Source: Candidatus Tayloriibacteriota bacterium (GTDB lineage Bacteria; Patescibacteriota; Minisyncoccia; Phycocordibacterales; HO2-43-120). From it: a DNA stretch of 64,000 nucleotides. Below are positions 62,837-64,000 of this stretch, piece after piece. Under the pieces are notes generated by a model. That model worked only from the letters and a program-made list of their open reading frames with translations. It did not search any database and was not told the DNA's origin. Made by a program: the position numbers and the translations under genes. The stretch spans positions 921 to 64,920 of the forward strand of contig JBDTMN010000005.1 in assembly GCA_039934295.1 (NCBI GenBank), read 5' to 3'. Within the stretch, counting starts at the first letter, position 1, and each line of letters starts with the position of its first letter.

Positions 62837-63730
62837 TTACTTCGACTTAACGGCGTTTTGAATCAACTCGGGAGAAAACCCTTGAGGAATGTTTCCGGTC
62901 GAAGCGTATTCATAGAGTGCCAGTTTAAAAATCGCCCCTAGGCAGGAAGAGACGATAGAAAGAAGGATGACGGCCAATAAAAGAAAGATTCCGATTGCTA
63001 TCCCCATTTTAATCGTTGGAAAAAGAATAAATAGTGTAACACCGACACCGAACACCGCGAAAAAGAGAAGTCCGAAGACTAATCCCACTCCGAGATTTAT
63101 AATAATCGTTTCACCCCAAGTTTTTCGAATAATCGCCGCAGACTCGTGGAACGAATCTTTGATTGATTTTTTTCCGATAATAAGCGAGGGTAGACTGAAA
63201 TAGGTAAGGATATTCCAAGCAGCGCCAAAAATCATCGCCACGATTTTGCCGATGATTTTCGAATTGTCGGCAATGATCCGGAGGACAAGGCCTACCGTTG
63301 AAGAAATCAGTGACCAAAGAGCAATCTTCGGAGCATTTTCGAAGGCGGCTTTTATACCATCTCCCAAACTCAAGTTTCCTCCTTTAAACCGAGCATCAAC
63401 AATCAGATACATTCCCGCCTGAAAAAAATTTGTGATAAAGAATACGATAAAGTACCAGACAAAAAGGACTGCGTAGGAAGTCACGTTCATTTGGTTCTCA
63501 TTCTCTAAAGTTGCCAAACTTCCTCCTAAAATGACAAAAAAATAAATTGAAGCTACAACCGCAAGCGCGAGAATGCTGAAAATCGAGGAGAGCACGGGAA
63601 ACAAGAGGAGCTCTTTATCCTGATTCAAGACACTCCAAGATTCACGGACAATCATTCGGCTAGCTTTAAACTTTCCGATAGTAAGCGGAACGCGAGGAGG
63701 CAATGACGAAACTTCATTTTGAGTGGGCAT
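62837..63730 (-). CDS. Multi-pass membrane protein (DUF6159-like)
   Basis: SWSVLNQDKELLLFP, S..IIRKTWGE, IFKLALY. Confidence 0.7.
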   Translation of the reverse strand: MPTQNEVSSLPPRVPLTIGKFKASRMIVRESWSVLNQDKELLLFPVLSSIFSILALAVVASIYFFVILGGSLATLENENQMNVTSYAVLFVWYFIVFFITNFFQAGMYLIVDARFKGGNLSLGDGIKAAFENAPKIALWSLISSTVGLVLRIIADNSKIIGKIVAMIFGAAWNILTYFSLPSLIIGKKSIKDSFHESAAIIRKTWGETIIINLGVGLVFGLLFFAVFGVGVTLFILFPTIKMGIAIGIFLLLAVILLSIVSSCLGAIFKLALYEYASTGNIPQGFSPELIQNAVKSK

Positions 63731-63816
63731 AGCTATTTTGAATCATAATGATAATGAGAAAAGTATACCATATATGGATTTTTACCCAAGGAGACTCCTA
63801 GGAGTACATTTTGGAA

Positions 63817-64000
63817 CGTAGGAATATGGTTAGATTTCGCCAAGGGTAACCCTTGGAAACTCTTGGAGGGTTCTTGGAGGGTTTTGGTGGCAAAAAAGTG
63901 GAGAAGGGTTACCCTTGGAGGGTTTTTAGAGAAAAGGTCGACGTAGGAATATGGGTAGATTGCGCCAAGGGTAACCCTTGGAAACTCTTGGAGGGTTCTT
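63817..64000. repeat. REP cluster with ~60 bp direct repeats
   Basis: ACGTAGGAATATGG.TAGATT.CGCCAAGGGTAACCCTTGGAAACTCTTGGAGGGTTCTT at 63817 and 63941; first part also at 62789. Confidence 0.85.

Noticed and set aside
63817-64000. Direct repeats at the window end as CRISPR
   Set aside because: Irregular spacing and palindromes shared with RAYT flanks indicate REPs

Overview
Window from a Patescibacteria/CPR (Parcubacteria-like) bacterium using genetic code 11; the taxon is inferred from gene content and an intron-rich, unlinked 23S gene. In order: (1) a type IV pilus/competence cluster (pilin fragment, pilC, pilT, receiver protein, pilB, pilP-like, pilO, pilN, pilM, divergent comF); (2) tRNA-Ser(GCT) followed by an AT-rich island with radC, a PD-(D/E)XK nuclease, a Sau3AI-like R-M pair, a HEPN protein, a terminase-small-subunit-like HTH protein and two modular surface proteins; (3) housekeeping genes (EamA, PMT, recG, tRNA-Ile(TAT), ftsH, dapA, smpB-tmRNA, secDF, glycosylation genes, rodA); (4) a 23S-5S locus with no adjacent 16S, in which the ~9.5 kb 23S gene carries nine group I introns (four LAGLIDADG ORFs, two small non-endonuclease ORFs) and seven repeat-armed hairpin insertions; (5) rplJ-rplL with an L10 leader; (6) a RAYT transposase flanked by REP-like palindromes. 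The most unusual signal is non-coding, in three families: structured elements sharing an AAG(A)C-hairpin-GTACTG-stem-TGTAA core that duplicate their target and carry an inverted copy of it (two tRNAs, one glycosyltransferase start); small palindromes inserted in frame in recG, secF and rplL; and microsatellite-armed hairpins at gene junctions, in 23S helices and in the L10 leader. All calls are by eye, without database searches.
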